Shown here: positions 33,848 to 46,486 of the stretch, in pieces
Layout of the letters: every line of letters begins with the position of its first letter
Position numbering within the stretch: the first letter of the stretch is position 1
Assembly: GCA_965215605.1 (NCBI GenBank)
Contig: OZ244070.1
Span: 1,696,001-1,760,000 of the forward strand
DNA: 64,000 nt
Direction of reading: 5' to 3'
From: an uncultured Candidatus Binatia bacterium
GTDB lineage: Bacteria > Desulfobacterota > Binatia > UBA9968 > JAJDTQ01
The notes under the pieces: model-generated
The model's database searches: none
Told to the model about the DNA's origin: nothing
Seen by the model: the letters and a program-made list of their open reading frames with translations, nothing else
Program-made: the position numbers and the translations under genes

Positions 33848-34477
33848 ATGGCCGAAGAGAACAGGGATCAAACCGAGACAGTGGGCGACGAAGAGGCGGC
33901 AACCCCGGCCGAGGCCGCCGGGGCGATGGAGGAGCCGTCGGAGATCGAGCGGCTTGGGGCGGAGTTGGATGCCGCAAGAGAGGAAGCGCGGCGCCATCAC
34001 GACCTTTACCTGCGGGAGGCGGCGGAGACCGAGAACTACAAGAAACGTGTAACCCGCGAGAAACAGGACGCTATTCGCTACGCCAACGAATCGCTGGTGC
34101 GCGATCTCCTGCCGGTGATCGACGACCTGGAGCGGGCGGCGCGGCACGCGCCGGGCGACGGCGACCCGCGCGGGCTGGTGGACGGCATCGCGCTGGTGGT
34201 CAAGGCCTGCCTTGAGGCGCTGCAGAAGCACGGGGTCACGCAGGTCACGGCCAAGGGGCAACCCTTCGATCCGGAGAAGCACGAGGCCTACGCCCAGGTC
34301 GAAACCGGTGAATGCGAGCCCAACACGGTGGTGGACGAGATCCATCCGGGTTACTACCTGGTCGACCGGCTGCTGCGGCCGTCCTTGGTGAGCGTCGCCA
34401 AGGCGCCGAATTTACAGGAAAACATATCACCGGACCCTGGCGAACCGGCGGTTGAAAAGGACCGGGGCGATGATTAG
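33848..34477 (+). CDS. grpE: Nucleotide exchange factor GrpE
   Basis: AETENYKKR, LLPVIDDLERA, FDPEKHEA and RLLRP. Confidence 0.93.
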   Translation: MAEENRDQTETVGDEEAATPAEAAGAMEEPSEIERLGAELDAAREEARRHHDLYLREAAETENYKKRVTREKQDAIRYANESLVRDLLPVIDDLERAARHAPGDGDPRGLVDGIALVVKACLEALQKHGVTQVTAKGQPFDPEKHEAYAQVETGECEPNTVVDEIHPGYYLVDRLLRPSLVSVAKAPNLQENISPDPGEPAVEKDRGDD

Positions 34478-34519
34478 ATTTACACTGAATACGCACTTGA
34501 AGAACAAGGAGACGAAGCA

Positions 34520-36447
<1,928 letters not shown>

Positions 36448-36451
<4 letters not shown>

Positions 36452-36473
36452 GGGCGGGTTTCGAAACCCGCCC
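36448..36473 (+). repeat. GTAG-type REP-like palindrome (family B) supplying the dnaK stop codon
   Basis: GTAG-GGGCGGGTTTCGAAACCCGCCC. Confidence 0.8.
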
Positions 36474-36525
36474 GTGCCCGCATCGCGCCATCGATCGATA
36501 CTGCCTCGGAGGCGGGACTTAGAAA

Positions 36526-37641
<1,116 letters not shown>

Positions 37642-37650
37642 GGGTAACGC

Positions 37651-40143
37651 ATGGACGTATCGGACAAGGACACCGCGGAACTCGTCGCGGACCGGCCGGT
37701 GAGCGACATCCCTGACGTCATACCGCTCCTGCCCATCCGCGACATCGTCATCTATCCGTACATGATGATTCCCCTGTTCGTCGGACGGGAGATCTCCATC
37801 AACGCGGTGAACGAGGCGCTCGCGCGGGATCGGCACATATTCCTGGTGGTGCAAAAGGACCCCGCGGAGGATAACCCGGACGCCGACGACCTGTACCGCG
37901 TGGGCACCGTCGCCACCATCCTGCGCATGCTGAAGCTCGACGACGGACGGGTGAAGATCCTGGTTCAGGGCCTCACCAAGGGCGCCGTGGAAGAGGTGCT
38001 GACGCAAGAGCCCTATTTCGAGGTGCGCATAGAGAAGATCGTCGAGCAGCAGGTCGTCGAGCTGTCCATCGAGGTCGAGGCGCTCATGCGCAGCGTCAAG
38101 GAGAAGATCGAGCAGATCCTCAACCTCAAGAACCTGCCGCCGGAAATCGTCATGGTCACCGACAACGTCGTCGATCCCGGCGTACTGGCGGACCTGGTGG
38201 CCTCCAACCTGCGGCTCAAAATCGAGGAGAGCCAGTCCATCCTGGAGATCTACGAACCCATCGAACGGTTGAAGAAGGTCAATGACCTGCTCACCCGCGA
38301 GCTCGAGCTCGCCACCATGCAGGCGCGGATCCAGAACCAGGCCAAGGACGAGATGAGCAAGACCCAGCGGGAGTACTTTCTGCGGGAGCAGCTCAGGCAG
38401 ATCCACCAGGAGCTCGGCGAGGGCGACGAGAAGACCGAGGAGATGAACGAGCTCAAGGCCCAGATCGACAAGGCCGGCATGCCCGTGGAGGTCAAGAAGG
38501 AGGCCACCAAGCAACTCAAGCGGCTGGATCAGATGCATCCCGAGTCCTCCGAGTCCTCGCTGGTGAGGACCTACCTGGACTGGATGGTGGAGCTCCCCTG
38601 GAGCGAACGCACCGAGGACAACCTCGACCTGGAGAAGGCCAAGGAAGTCCTGGACGAGGACCACTTCAACCTGGAAAAGATCAAGGAGCGGTTTCTCGAG
38701 TACCTGGCGGTGAACAAGCTGCGGCAAAAGATCCGCGGACCCATCCTCTGCTTCGTGGGACCGCCGGGGGTGGGCAAGACCTCCCTCGGGAAATCCATCG
38801 CCCGCGCCCTCGGGCGGAACTTCGTGCGCATCTCGCTGGGCGGCATCCGGGACGAGGCGGAGATCCGGGGGCACCGCCGGACCTACGTGGGCGCCCTGCC
38901 CGGCCGGATCATACAGGGCATGAAGCAGGCCGGCTCCAACAACCCGGTGTTCATGCTGGACGAGCTCGACAAGCTCGGCAACGACTTCCGGGGGGACCCG
39001 TCCGCGGCTCTGCTGGAAGTGCTCGATCCGGAGCAGAACCACGCGTTCAGCGACCACTACCTGAACGTCCCGTTCGACCTGTCCAGCGTGCTGTTCATCT
39101 GCACCGCGAACCTGCTGGACACGGTTCCGCCGGCGCTGCGGGACCGCATGGAGGTCATCAACCTCTCCGGCTACACCAACGAGGAGAAACTGGAGATTGC
39201 CCGGCGGTTCCTGATCCCCCGGCAACTGCAGGAGGCCGGGATCTCCGAGGATCTGCTGGACCTCTCCAACGACGCGGTGCTGCGCATCGTCGAGCAGTAC
39301 ACGCGCGAGGCCGGACTCCGGAACCTCGAGCGCGAGATGGCCGCCATCTGCCGGAAGGTGGCGCGCAAGGTGGCGGACGGCCGCACCATCCTTACCCGCA
39401 TCACCCGGAGGAACCTCCACCAGTTCCTCGGTCCCGCCAGGTTCCTGGTGGAAGAGGCCCAGGAACAGAACGAGATTGGCGTCGCCACGGGTCTGGCCTG
39501 GACCAGCGCCGGCGGCGAAGTGCTGCACGTCGAGGCCTCGCTGTCCAAGGGCCGCGGCAATCTGACCCTGACCGGGCAGTTGGGGGACGTCATGCGGGAG
39601 TCGGCCCAGGCCGCGGTGAGCTACGCCCGGGCCCATGCGAAGCACCTGGGACTCGAAGAGAACTTCTACCAGAAGCAGGACATCCACATACACGTCCCGT
39701 CCGGTTCCATACCCAAGGACGGCCCCTCCGCGGGAATCACCATGGGAACCGCCCTCATCTCGGCTTTGACGCGGCGGCCGGTGAGCCGGAACGTGGCCAT
39801 GACCGGAGAGATCACGCTCCGGGGCCGCGTGCTGCCGGTGGGAGGCCTGAAGGAGAAGTGTCTGGCGGCGTTCCGTTCCGGGGTCGAAACGGTGGCGATA
39901 CCGTTCCAGAACCGGAAGGACCTCGAAGATATCCCGCGTCCCTTGCGCAACAAGCTGCACTTCATCCTGGCGCGCAACATGAACGACGTGCTGGCGGCGG
40001 CATTCGGAGACACGCCGCCCGATGGCCCGGTCCACCCCGATCCGAAAACCGTGGCCGCGGCCAAGAACAGGAAGCCGGCCCGGCGGCCCGGCCCCAAGGG
40101 CCCCAAGGGCCCGGGGGGCAGAACGGTGCCCGCCAACGCGTGA
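37651..40143 (+). CDS. lon: ATP-dependent protease La
   Basis: GPPGVGKTS, GHRRTYVGA, PKDGPSAG and AMTGEI. Confidence 0.97.
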   Translation: MDVSDKDTAELVADRPVSDIPDVIPLLPIRDIVIYPYMMIPLFVGREISINAVNEALARDRHIFLVVQKDPAEDNPDADDLYRVGTVATILRMLKLDDGRVKILVQGLTKGAVEEVLTQEPYFEVRIEKIVEQQVVELSIEVEALMRSVKEKIEQILNLKNLPPEIVMVTDNVVDPGVLADLVASNLRLKIEESQSILEIYEPIERLKKVNDLLTRELELATMQARIQNQAKDEMSKTQREYFLREQLRQIHQELGEGDEKTEEMNELKAQIDKAGMPVEVKKEATKQLKRLDQMHPESSESSLVRTYLDWMVELPWSERTEDNLDLEKAKEVLDEDHFNLEKIKERFLEYLAVNKLRQKIRGPILCFVGPPGVGKTSLGKSIARALGRNFVRISLGGIRDEAEIRGHRRTYVGALPGRIIQGMKQAGSNNPVFMLDELDKLGNDFRGDPSAALLEVLDPEQNHAFSDHYLNVPFDLSSVLFICTANLLDTVPPALRDRMEVINLSGYTNEEKLEIARRFLIPRQLQEAGISEDLLDLSNDAVLRIVEQYTREAGLRNLEREMAAICRKVARKVADGRTILTRITRRNLHQFLGPARFLVEEAQEQNEIGVATGLAWTSAGGEVLHVEASLSKGRGNLTLTGQLGDVMRESAQAAVSYARAHAKHLGLEENFYQKQDIHIHVPSGSIPKDGPSAGITMGTALISALTRRPVSRNVAMTGEITLRGRVLPVGGLKEKCLAAFRSGVETVAIPFQNRKDLEDIPRPLRNKLHFILARNMNDVLAAAFGDTPPDGPVHPDPKTVAAAKNRKPARRPGPKGPKGPGGRTVPANA

Positions 40144-40163
40144 ACCGGGACGCCTGGGGATTC

Positions 40164-40201
40164 GGGGCGCGGGCGGGTTCCGAACCCGCCCGCGCCCCTA
40201 C
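40164..40201 (-). repeat. GTAG-type REP-like palindrome (family B, extended stem)
   Basis: Minus strand GTAGGGGCGCGGGCGGGTTCGGAACCCGCCCGCGCCCC. Confidence 0.75.
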
Positions 40202-40234
40202 ACGCGACGGAGCGCGCAGAAGCGCCAACGCCCC

Positions 40235-41296
40235 ATGAGACTTCGGGATTTGGGAGAGTTCGGGCTGATCGACCTGATCCGGAGGAAGACCCCGCGGATG
40301 CGCGGCGTGCGTCTGGGCATCGGCGACGACGCCGCGCGGGTCTCCACTCCCGACGACTCTCTTCTGTTCACTTCGGACCTTCTCATCGAAGGCGTCCACT
40401 TCAACCTCGACTGGATCTCGATGCGGGACCTCGGGCACAAGTCCCTCACCGCAAGCCTGAGCGACATCGCCGCCATGGGCGGCCGGCCGGCCTATTTTCT
40501 GTTGTCGGTGGCCATGCCCGACATCGCCGTGCAACGAGCGGCCGCGCTGGTGCGGGGCATTCACGCCGTGGCCGCGGAGCACCGGGCGGCGTTGGTGGGG
40601 GGCGACACCTGCGCGGCGGACCGGGTGATCATCGACGTGTTCCTGGCCGGCTTCGCTCCCTACGGGGCGGTCACCCGGGCCGGCGCCCGGGTGGGCGACG
40701 ACATCTACGTCACCGGCACCCTGGGGGACTCCGCCCTGGGTCTGACACTGCTTTCCGAGCCCCGCCCCACGGTCTCCGCGAGGGATCGGAACTACCTCGT
40801 CCGACGGCACCACCACCCCACGGCCCGGGTGAAGACCGGCATGCAACTGGCGAAGGAAGGCCTGGCCCGGGCCATGGTGGACGTCAGCGACGGGCTCGCC
40901 CAGGACCTGGGCCACATCTGCCGCGCCAGCGGCACCGGGGCGGTGGTGCGGCAGGACCGGGTGCCGCTGTCGCGCGCCTTCGGCCGGGTGGCGGGCGCGG
41001 GCGACCTGGCCTCCGCGCTGGCCGGCGGCGAAGACTACGAGCTGCTGTTCACCGCGGCGAGCGACGCCCGCCAGGGAGTGGAGCGCGTGGCCCGGCGAAC
41101 CAACGTTCCCATCACCCGCATCGGCGAATGCGTGCCCCGAAAGCAGGGCCTCACGCTGGTGGACCCGCGGGGGGGAAGCACGCCGCTCTCCGCTCCCGGC
41201 CACGACCACTTCAAGGGGCCGGCGGCGCACCGCCCAGCGTCCCCGCCCCTGGATTCCCGCTTTCGCGGGAATGACGGAGGGGGCGCGGGGAGCTAG
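40235..41296 (+). CDS. thiL: Thiamine-monophosphate kinase
   Basis: GEFGLI, GIGDDAA, SDIAAMGG, DVSDG and GGEDYEL. Confidence 0.93.
   Translation: MRLRDLGEFGLIDLIRRKTPRMRGVRLGIGDDAARVSTPDDSLLFTSDLLIEGVHFNLDWISMRDLGHKSLTASLSDIAAMGGRPAYFLLSVAMPDIAVQRAAALVRGIHAVAAEHRAALVGGDTCAADRVIIDVFLAGFAPYGAVTRAGARVGDDIYVTGTLGDSALGLTLLSEPRPTVSARDRNYLVRRHHHPTARVKTGMQLAKEGLARAMVDVSDGLAQDLGHICRASGTGAVVRQDRVPLSRAFGRVAGAGDLASALAGGEDYELLFTAASDARQGVERVARRTNVPITRIGECVPRKQGLTLVDPRGGSTPLSAPGHDHFKGPAAHRPASPPLDSRFRGNDGGGAGS
41251..41275. repeat. REP-like family A copy inside the thiL 3' end
   Basis: GGATTCCCGCTTTCGCGGGAATGAC, translated as DSRFRGND before the stop at 41296. Confidence 0.85.
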
Positions 41297-41302
41297 AGCA
41301 CC

Positions 41303-42052
41303 ATGGACGAAGAGAAACTGGCAGAGCTCCTGGACGGCGTGCGGCGCGGCGAGGTCACGGTAGACGAGGGCCTGAAGCGGTTGCGGCATCTTCCCTTCGA
41401 AGACCTGGGTTTCGCCAAGGTGGATCATCACCGGGCCTTGAGGCAGGGTTTCCCCGAGGTCGTCATGGGCGAAGGCAAGGAGGTCCCGGACATCGCCGAC
41501 ATCGCCCGGGCGATCCGGAAACGCGGCGTCAACGTGCTCATCACCCGCCTGTCCGAGACCAAGATGGAGGCCCTGAAGAAACCCCTCCGCGGGTTCCGTT
41601 TCCACCGGCAGGCCCGCTGCGCCACTTGGCGCGCCAAGGACGCGACCATCAAGGGCAAGGGGACCATCGCGGTGGTGTGCGCCGGCACCTCCGACATACC
41701 GGTGGCGGAGGAAGCCGCGGTGACCAGCGAGATCATGGGCAACCGGGTGGAGCGGCTCTACGACGTGGGCGTCGCCGGGCTGCACCGGCTGCTGAGCCAC
41801 CATCGCCAGCTCACCGAGGCGGCGTTGCTCATCGTGGTGGCGGGCATGGAGGGGGCCCTGCCCAGCGTGGTGGCCGGGCTGGTCCGGCGGCCGGTCATCG
41901 CCGTGCCCACCAGCGTCGGCTATGGCGCCAGCTTCGGCGGTCTGTCGGCATTGCTGGCCATGCTCAACTCCTGCGCCGCGGGGGTGACGGTGGTGAACAT
42001 CGACAACGGCTTCGGTGCCGGCTTCGCGGCCTCGCTGATGAACAGGGATTGA
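41303..42052 (+). CDS. larB: Nickel-pincer cofactor biosynthesis protein LarB (PurE-like)
   Basis: AGTSDIPVAEEA, DVGVAGLHRL, AGMEGALPSVV, PTSVGYG and NIDNGFGA. Confidence 0.9.
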   Translation: MDEEKLAELLDGVRRGEVTVDEGLKRLRHLPFEDLGFAKVDHHRALRQGFPEVVMGEGKEVPDIADIARAIRKRGVNVLITRLSETKMEALKKPLRGFRFHRQARCATWRAKDATIKGKGTIAVVCAGTSDIPVAEEAAVTSEIMGNRVERLYDVGVAGLHRLLSHHRQLTEAALLIVVAGMEGALPSVVAGLVRRPVIAVPTSVGYGASFGGLSALLAMLNSCAAGVTVVNIDNGFGAGFAASLMNRD

Positions 42053-42098
42053 CACGGCAGTGCCGTCTATGGGCTAATTTCGTTACCGGAATACGACC

Positions 42099-42527
42099 AT
42101 GGCCGATGAAGACAAGAAATACCGCGTGCTGAGACGGTCGTCGGAGTTGAGCATCCGCCTTTCCGGCGACTCGCTGCCCCAGCTTCTGGCAGACGCCGGG
42201 TTTGCGTTGTTCGACCTGTTGGTGGATCTCGATTCGGTGGAGACGCGGGAGAGCGTCACCCTCGAAGTGGAGGGGCTGGACCACGACGACCTGATGGTCA
42301 ACTGGATTCGGGAGCTGCTCTACGAGTACCAGGCCAGCGGGTTCATCCTGAAGGAGTTCGACATCCGCGAGGCGGGGGAGTTCTTCGTGCGCGCCGAGGC
42401 CCGCGGCGAGAAATTCGACCCGGACCGCCACGAAGAGCGCGAAGTCATCGCCGCGGTGGACGAACGGCTGAGCCACTTGGGGAAGATGGGTCCCCAATGG
42501 ACCGCCCAGGTGGGATTCGAGTTGTGA
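42099..42527 (+). CDS. Archease-like protein with divergent metal ligands
   Basis: Size and pattern LMVNWIRELLY...ARGEKFDPDRH...WTAQVGFEL match archease, but HTAD and KAVTYH are absent. Confidence 0.7.
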   Translation: MADEDKKYRVLRRSSELSIRLSGDSLPQLLADAGFALFDLLVDLDSVETRESVTLEVEGLDHDDLMVNWIRELLYEYQASGFILKEFDIREAGEFFVRAEARGEKFDPDRHEEREVIAAVDERLSHLGKMGPQWTAQVGFEL

Positions 42528-42545
42528 CCGTCAACGGGGCGCTCC

Positions 42546-43910
42546 ATGCGTGACGAGTACTCCGGGTGCTCCCTCATCGCCGACCCGATCCACCGCTACA
42601 TCCCCTTCACGGTTCCCCAGTTCCCGGGCGAAGTGGCCGAAAAGCACCTGATCGACTCCCCCTGGTTCCAGCGCCTGCGGTACATCTTCCAGCTTCAGAG
42701 CGCCCGCTGGGTCTACCCCTCGGCGGAACACAGCCGTTTCCAGCATTGCCTCGGGGCCATGCACCTGGCCGGAATGTTCGCGCGCGGGCTGTACCCGTCG
42801 CTGCGCAAGGTGCTGGGCGAAGAATGCCCTTCCGCCAACTACGTGGAAGAGTACATGCGGGTCACCGGCCTCCTGCACGACGTCGGTCACGGTCCGTTCT
42901 GCCACTTCTTCGACAATCACTTTCTCAGCCAGCACGGCCTGATCCACGAAGACATCTCGCAGGTGATCATCCGGGAGCATCTCGGCGACATCATCGGCGG
43001 CATTCGCCGCAGCCCCACGGGCCCTTTCGCGGACGGCGAAGTGCTCGACCCCGATGACGTCGCCTTTCCCATCAAGAAGGACTCCGAGGACGATCCCGCG
43101 AAACCCCTGTGGCTCCGCTTCCTCCAACCCCTGACCAACGGCATCTTCACCTTCGACAACCTCGACTACGTGTCGCGCGACTCGTACATGTGCGGGGTGG
43201 CGGTGGGGCCCATCGACCGGGACCGGCTGATCTACTACACCTTCATCTCGCCCAAGGGACTGACCCTGCACCGTTCCGGCGAGGGCGCCCTCACCATGTT
43301 CCTGAACGCGCGCAAGTACCTCTACGAAAACGTCTACTTCCACCGCACCACCCGGGCCATCGACGCCCACCTGCAGGAGCTGTTCCCGGAAACCATGGCG
43401 CAGATCGCGCCGGGAAATCCGCTGGACCACATGGAGTTGTACCTGCACCTGACGGACTGGTCCTTGTTGCAGGACGTATCCCGCTGGCGACGGCTCGACA
43501 CTCCGCTGGGGCGCGAGTGGGGCCGCGTCCTCGACCGTGATCTCAAGTGGCGTCTGGCCTACGAACGGACCCTGTCGGCGAAAGAGATGGCGAGCGGGCT
43601 CGACCTCGTCGAGGTCCACGAATGGGAGGTCCTGATCCGGGCGGCCCTGCCCCCGGAACACCGGGACTTGGTGTATCACGTGGACATCGCCAGCCAGGAC
43701 TCGCGGCCGGAAAACCCCATGGCCATGGGCAAGAAGCAGATCCACACCTACGATCCGTCCAGCGGCGTCATCACCAAGGAATCCATGGCCGAGTTGTTCG
43801 CCTACATCCCTTCCAAGATCGTCAAGTTCCGCGTCTTCGCCCTGGACCACGCCCACGACCGGCTGCTGGCCTCCTGCACCGAGGAGGTGTTCCAGGGCGC
43901 CGGAAAGTGA
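42546..43910 (+). CDS. HD-domain phosphohydrolase (SAMHD1/YdhJ-like dNTPase family)
   Basis: DPIH, FQRLR.I.QL, HSRFQHCLG, LLHDVGHGPFCH, DNLDY and VYFH. Confidence 0.88.
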   Translation: MRDEYSGCSLIADPIHRYIPFTVPQFPGEVAEKHLIDSPWFQRLRYIFQLQSARWVYPSAEHSRFQHCLGAMHLAGMFARGLYPSLRKVLGEECPSANYVEEYMRVTGLLHDVGHGPFCHFFDNHFLSQHGLIHEDISQVIIREHLGDIIGGIRRSPTGPFADGEVLDPDDVAFPIKKDSEDDPAKPLWLRFLQPLTNGIFTFDNLDYVSRDSYMCGVAVGPIDRDRLIYYTFISPKGLTLHRSGEGALTMFLNARKYLYENVYFHRTTRAIDAHLQELFPETMAQIAPGNPLDHMELYLHLTDWSLLQDVSRWRRLDTPLGREWGRVLDRDLKWRLAYERTLSAKEMASGLDLVEVHEWEVLIRAALPPEHRDLVYHVDIASQDSRPENPMAMGKKQIHTYDPSSGVITKESMAELFAYIPSKIVKFRVFALDHAHDRLLASCTEEVFQGAGK

Positions 43911-43926
43911 GCGAAGCGCCCATCCA

Positions 43927-43976
43927 CCGTTCGTCCCGAGCGTAGCGAAGCGTCAGCGTAGCGAAGTCGAAGGACG
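43927..43976. repeat. REP-like element, family C, between convergent genes
   Basis: CCGTTCGTCCCGAGCGTAGCGAAGCGTCAGCGTAGCGAAGTCGAAGGACG, with internal direct repeat AGCGTAGCGAAG x2. Single copy in the window. Confidence 0.55.
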
Positions 43977-44864
43977 CTACCTGCCTGCCTTCACCCGCAG
44001 CCACGCCACCGCGTGGGCGCCGAGCACCAGCCCGCAGCCCAGGGCCACCATGGTGGGTCCCAGCGGAAGATCGAACTCGTAACAGACCGCGAACCCCGCC
44101 ACGCCCATGCCGGCGCCCGCCACGGAAGCCGCGATGAAATAGGGCGCCATGCGGGAAACCAGGGGCCGCACGGCGATGGGCGGCAGCACCAGAAGGCCGA
44201 AGGTGAGCAGCGGCCCGGCCATGATCACGCCCAACGCCACGGTGACGCCGGCCAGGAGATAGAGAAGCAGGTCCCAGACGGCGGCGCCGCCCTTCAACAG
44301 GGCGGTGAGGTCGCGGTCGAACGACGAAATCAGCAACTCGCGGCGAAACAGGACCAGGCACGCCATCACCACCGCGTAGACTCCGCAGAGAGTGGCAAGC
44401 TCGGTCCAGGACAGCACCACCGCATCGCCCTTGACGAGGCTCAGAATCGCCACGTCGCCGAAGGGATGGAAGGCCACGAAGAGGACCGTGAGCGAGCCTG
44501 CCACCGCGTAGGCCACGGCCAGGCGGTTCTCCGCGCGGCCGGCGCCACGCCGCTCCATCAGGCCCAGCAACACCATGCCGGCGAAGGTGAACAGCAACGA
44601 GCCGCCGTAGGCGAGCAGGCGCTCGACCTCGTGGGCGTCGCCCGACGTATGGCCCGGATGCGGCACCAGCCCGACCTCATGCGCGAACAACGCGAAGGCC
44701 ACCCCCGCGGTCGCTAGTTGCGGCAGCGTCAGGCCCAGCAGCACGCTCCGCCTCAGCACCAGGAAGCCCCCGACCACCGGACAGACCACCCCCAGGACGA
44801 TGCTCCCCACCACCGCCGGAAACAGCAGGAACGACGGGCTCAAGATCTCCGCGAGGGCACCCAC
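43977..44864 (-). CDS. Zn/Mn ABC transporter permease
   Basis: Multi-TM, GGFLVLRR, SFDRD and DLPLGP. Coupled to the ATPase gene. Confidence 0.88.
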   Translation of the reverse strand: MGALAEILSPSFLLFPAVVGSIVLGVVCPVVGGFLVLRRSVLLGLTLPQLATAGVAFALFAHEVGLVPHPGHTSGDAHEVERLLAYGGSLLFTFAGMVLLGLMERRGAGRAENRLAVAYAVAGSLTVLFVAFHPFGDVAILSLVKGDAVVLSWTELATLCGVYAVVMACLVLFRRELLISSFDRDLTALLKGGAAVWDLLLYLLAGVTVALGVIMAGPLLTFGLLVLPPIAVRPLVSRMAPYFIAASVAGAGMGVAGFAVCYEFDLPLGPTMVALGCGLVLGAHAVAWLRVKAGR

Positions 44865-45532
44865 TACACCCGCTCTTGCACGCCGCCGTTGGAGGCGCGG
44901 ATCACACGTCCACAGGTCCGGTCGAGGATTTCGCTGTCGTGGCTGGAGAGGACGATGGTCATCCGTGAGCCGCGGTTGAGGTCGACAAGCTGTTGCGCGA
45001 TGCTGGCCTTGGATTCCCGATCCACGCCGGAAAACGGCTCGTCGAGAAGCAGCAGGACGGGCTCCATGGTCAAGGCCCGGGCAAGGAGGACTCGTTGGCG
45101 CTGTCCGCCGGAGAGATGGGCGAACACGGTCCGGCCCAGGCGGGCCAGCCCCACCCGCTCGAGGGCCGTGTCAACCCGCCTTCTCTCGTGTCCGGGGAAC
45201 AGACGCCAAGGGCGCAGCCGCCCGTAGGCGCCCATGGCCGCCACCTCCCACACGCTCAACGGGAAGTAGGCGCTCAGGGAAGCGCCCTGGGGGACGTAGC
45301 CGAGCCGGGCGGGCGGGAGGTGCCGTTTCACCGTGCCGCCGCGCAACGGGAGCAGGCCCAGCATGGACCGGAGGAGGGTGGTCTTGCCGGACCCGTTTGC
45401 CCCAGCCAGCCCGACGAAGTCGCCGGCATGGATCTCCAGGTCGACTCCCTCGAGCACCGGCTCGGCGCCGTACCCCAGACACGCGTCTTGGAAGGCGATG
45501 ACCGGGGGCTCCCGTGCACCGCCCCTGGTCAC
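44864..45532 (-). CDS. Zn/Mn ABC transporter ATP-binding protein
   Basis: GANGSGKTT, GYVPQ, LSGGQRQR, LLDEP and SSHD. GTG overlaps the SBP stop. Confidence 0.9.
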   Translation of the reverse strand: MTRGGAREPPVIAFQDACLGYGAEPVLEGVDLEIHAGDFVGLAGANGSGKTTLLRSMLGLLPLRGGTVKRHLPPARLGYVPQGASLSAYFPLSVWEVAAMGAYGRLRPWRLFPGHERRRVDTALERVGLARLGRTVFAHLSGGQRQRVLLARALTMEPVLLLLDEPFSGVDRESKASIAQQLVDLNRGSRMTIVLSSHDSEILDRTCGRVIRASNGGVQERV

Positions 45533-46455
45533 GAGCCGGCCGCTTTCGACAGATGCGTGACCAGGTAGTCGATCAACCCGATGTAACTGTCGACGCCGGG
45601 CTTGCCGCCCACGTACAACGGTATATTCACCAACTTGGCGCCGGTCTCCGTGGCAACACGCTTCGGTACCCGGCTCGGGTAGGTGCCGTACACCACCAGC
45701 GGGACCTTGGCCGCCTTCATCCGCTCCACCAGTTGAACGATGTGCGCGGGCGTCGGTCCTATGCCGGAGGCAATCTCGAGGGTGTCGAACTGCCGCATGC
45801 CGTAACGGCCGGCGAAGTAGTTGAGCGTGTCGTGGTAGCTGACGAACCGGACGCCGTTGAGGCCCCGGGCGGTCTTTCGCCAATCGGCAATGCGCCGGTC
45901 CAGTTCCGCCAGGTACCCCTTCAGGTTCTCCATGAAGAAGGGACGGTGCTCGGCGTATAGTTTCGACAGGCCCTCGGCAACGTTCCGCGCCATGAGCTTG
46001 CCCATGACCGGGTCCAGATTGTAGTGGGGATTGCCCATCGGATGGACGTCGCCCCCCTTGCGCGAGAGGGTCTCCGGCATCCCCAGGGGCACGACTCCGG
46101 TGGATGTATCGATATAGCCGATCCCTCGGCTTGATACTCGCGGGTTGTCGGCCACGTCGAGCAAGGCCGGCAGGAACGAGTGCTCCAGGGTAAGTCCCAT
46201 CAGCACCAGCGCATCGGCGCGGTTGAGCATGGTGACCATGCTCGGCTTTACCTGAACGCTGTGAATGTCCCGGACGCCGAGGGTGAGACTGCTGACCGAC
46301 AGCCGGTCCCCGCCGATCTGCCGGGTGATGTCGGCCAGGTCCGGAATCGTCGCCACCACCCGGATTTTCTGGGCCGTCGCGGAACCCGAAAGTATCAAGA
46401 CGAGCGCCAGCGTCATGACGACTGCCGGCCACTGCCGTGCGGACATGCTGTTCAT
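45529..46455 (-). CDS. Zn/Mn ABC transporter substrate-binding protein (ZnuA/TroA family)
   Basis: Signal peptide, DIH, GLTLE, DVHPMGNPHY and YHD. Confidence 0.9.
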   Translation of the reverse strand: MNSMSARQWPAVVMTLALVLILSGSATAQKIRVVATIPDLADITRQIGGDRLSVSSLTLGVRDIHSVQVKPSMVTMLNRADALVLMGLTLEHSFLPALLDVADNPRVSSRGIGYIDTSTGVVPLGMPETLSRKGGDVHPMGNPHYNLDPVMGKLMARNVAEGLSKLYAEHRPFFMENLKGYLAELDRRIADWRKTARGLNGVRFVSYHDTLNYFAGRYGMRQFDTLEIASGIGPTPAHIVQLVERMKAAKVPLVVYGTYPSRVPKRVATETGAKLVNIPLYVGGKPGVDSYIGLIDYLVTHLSKAAGS

Positions 46456-46486
46456 GAAAGGGTCTCCTCAAGGAACCGGTTGCGTC

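Noticed and set aside
40090-40112. 9-bp tandem repeat (GPK-GPK-GP) in the Lon tail
   Set aside because: Short low-complexity duplication in a variable tail; too short to be collagen-like.
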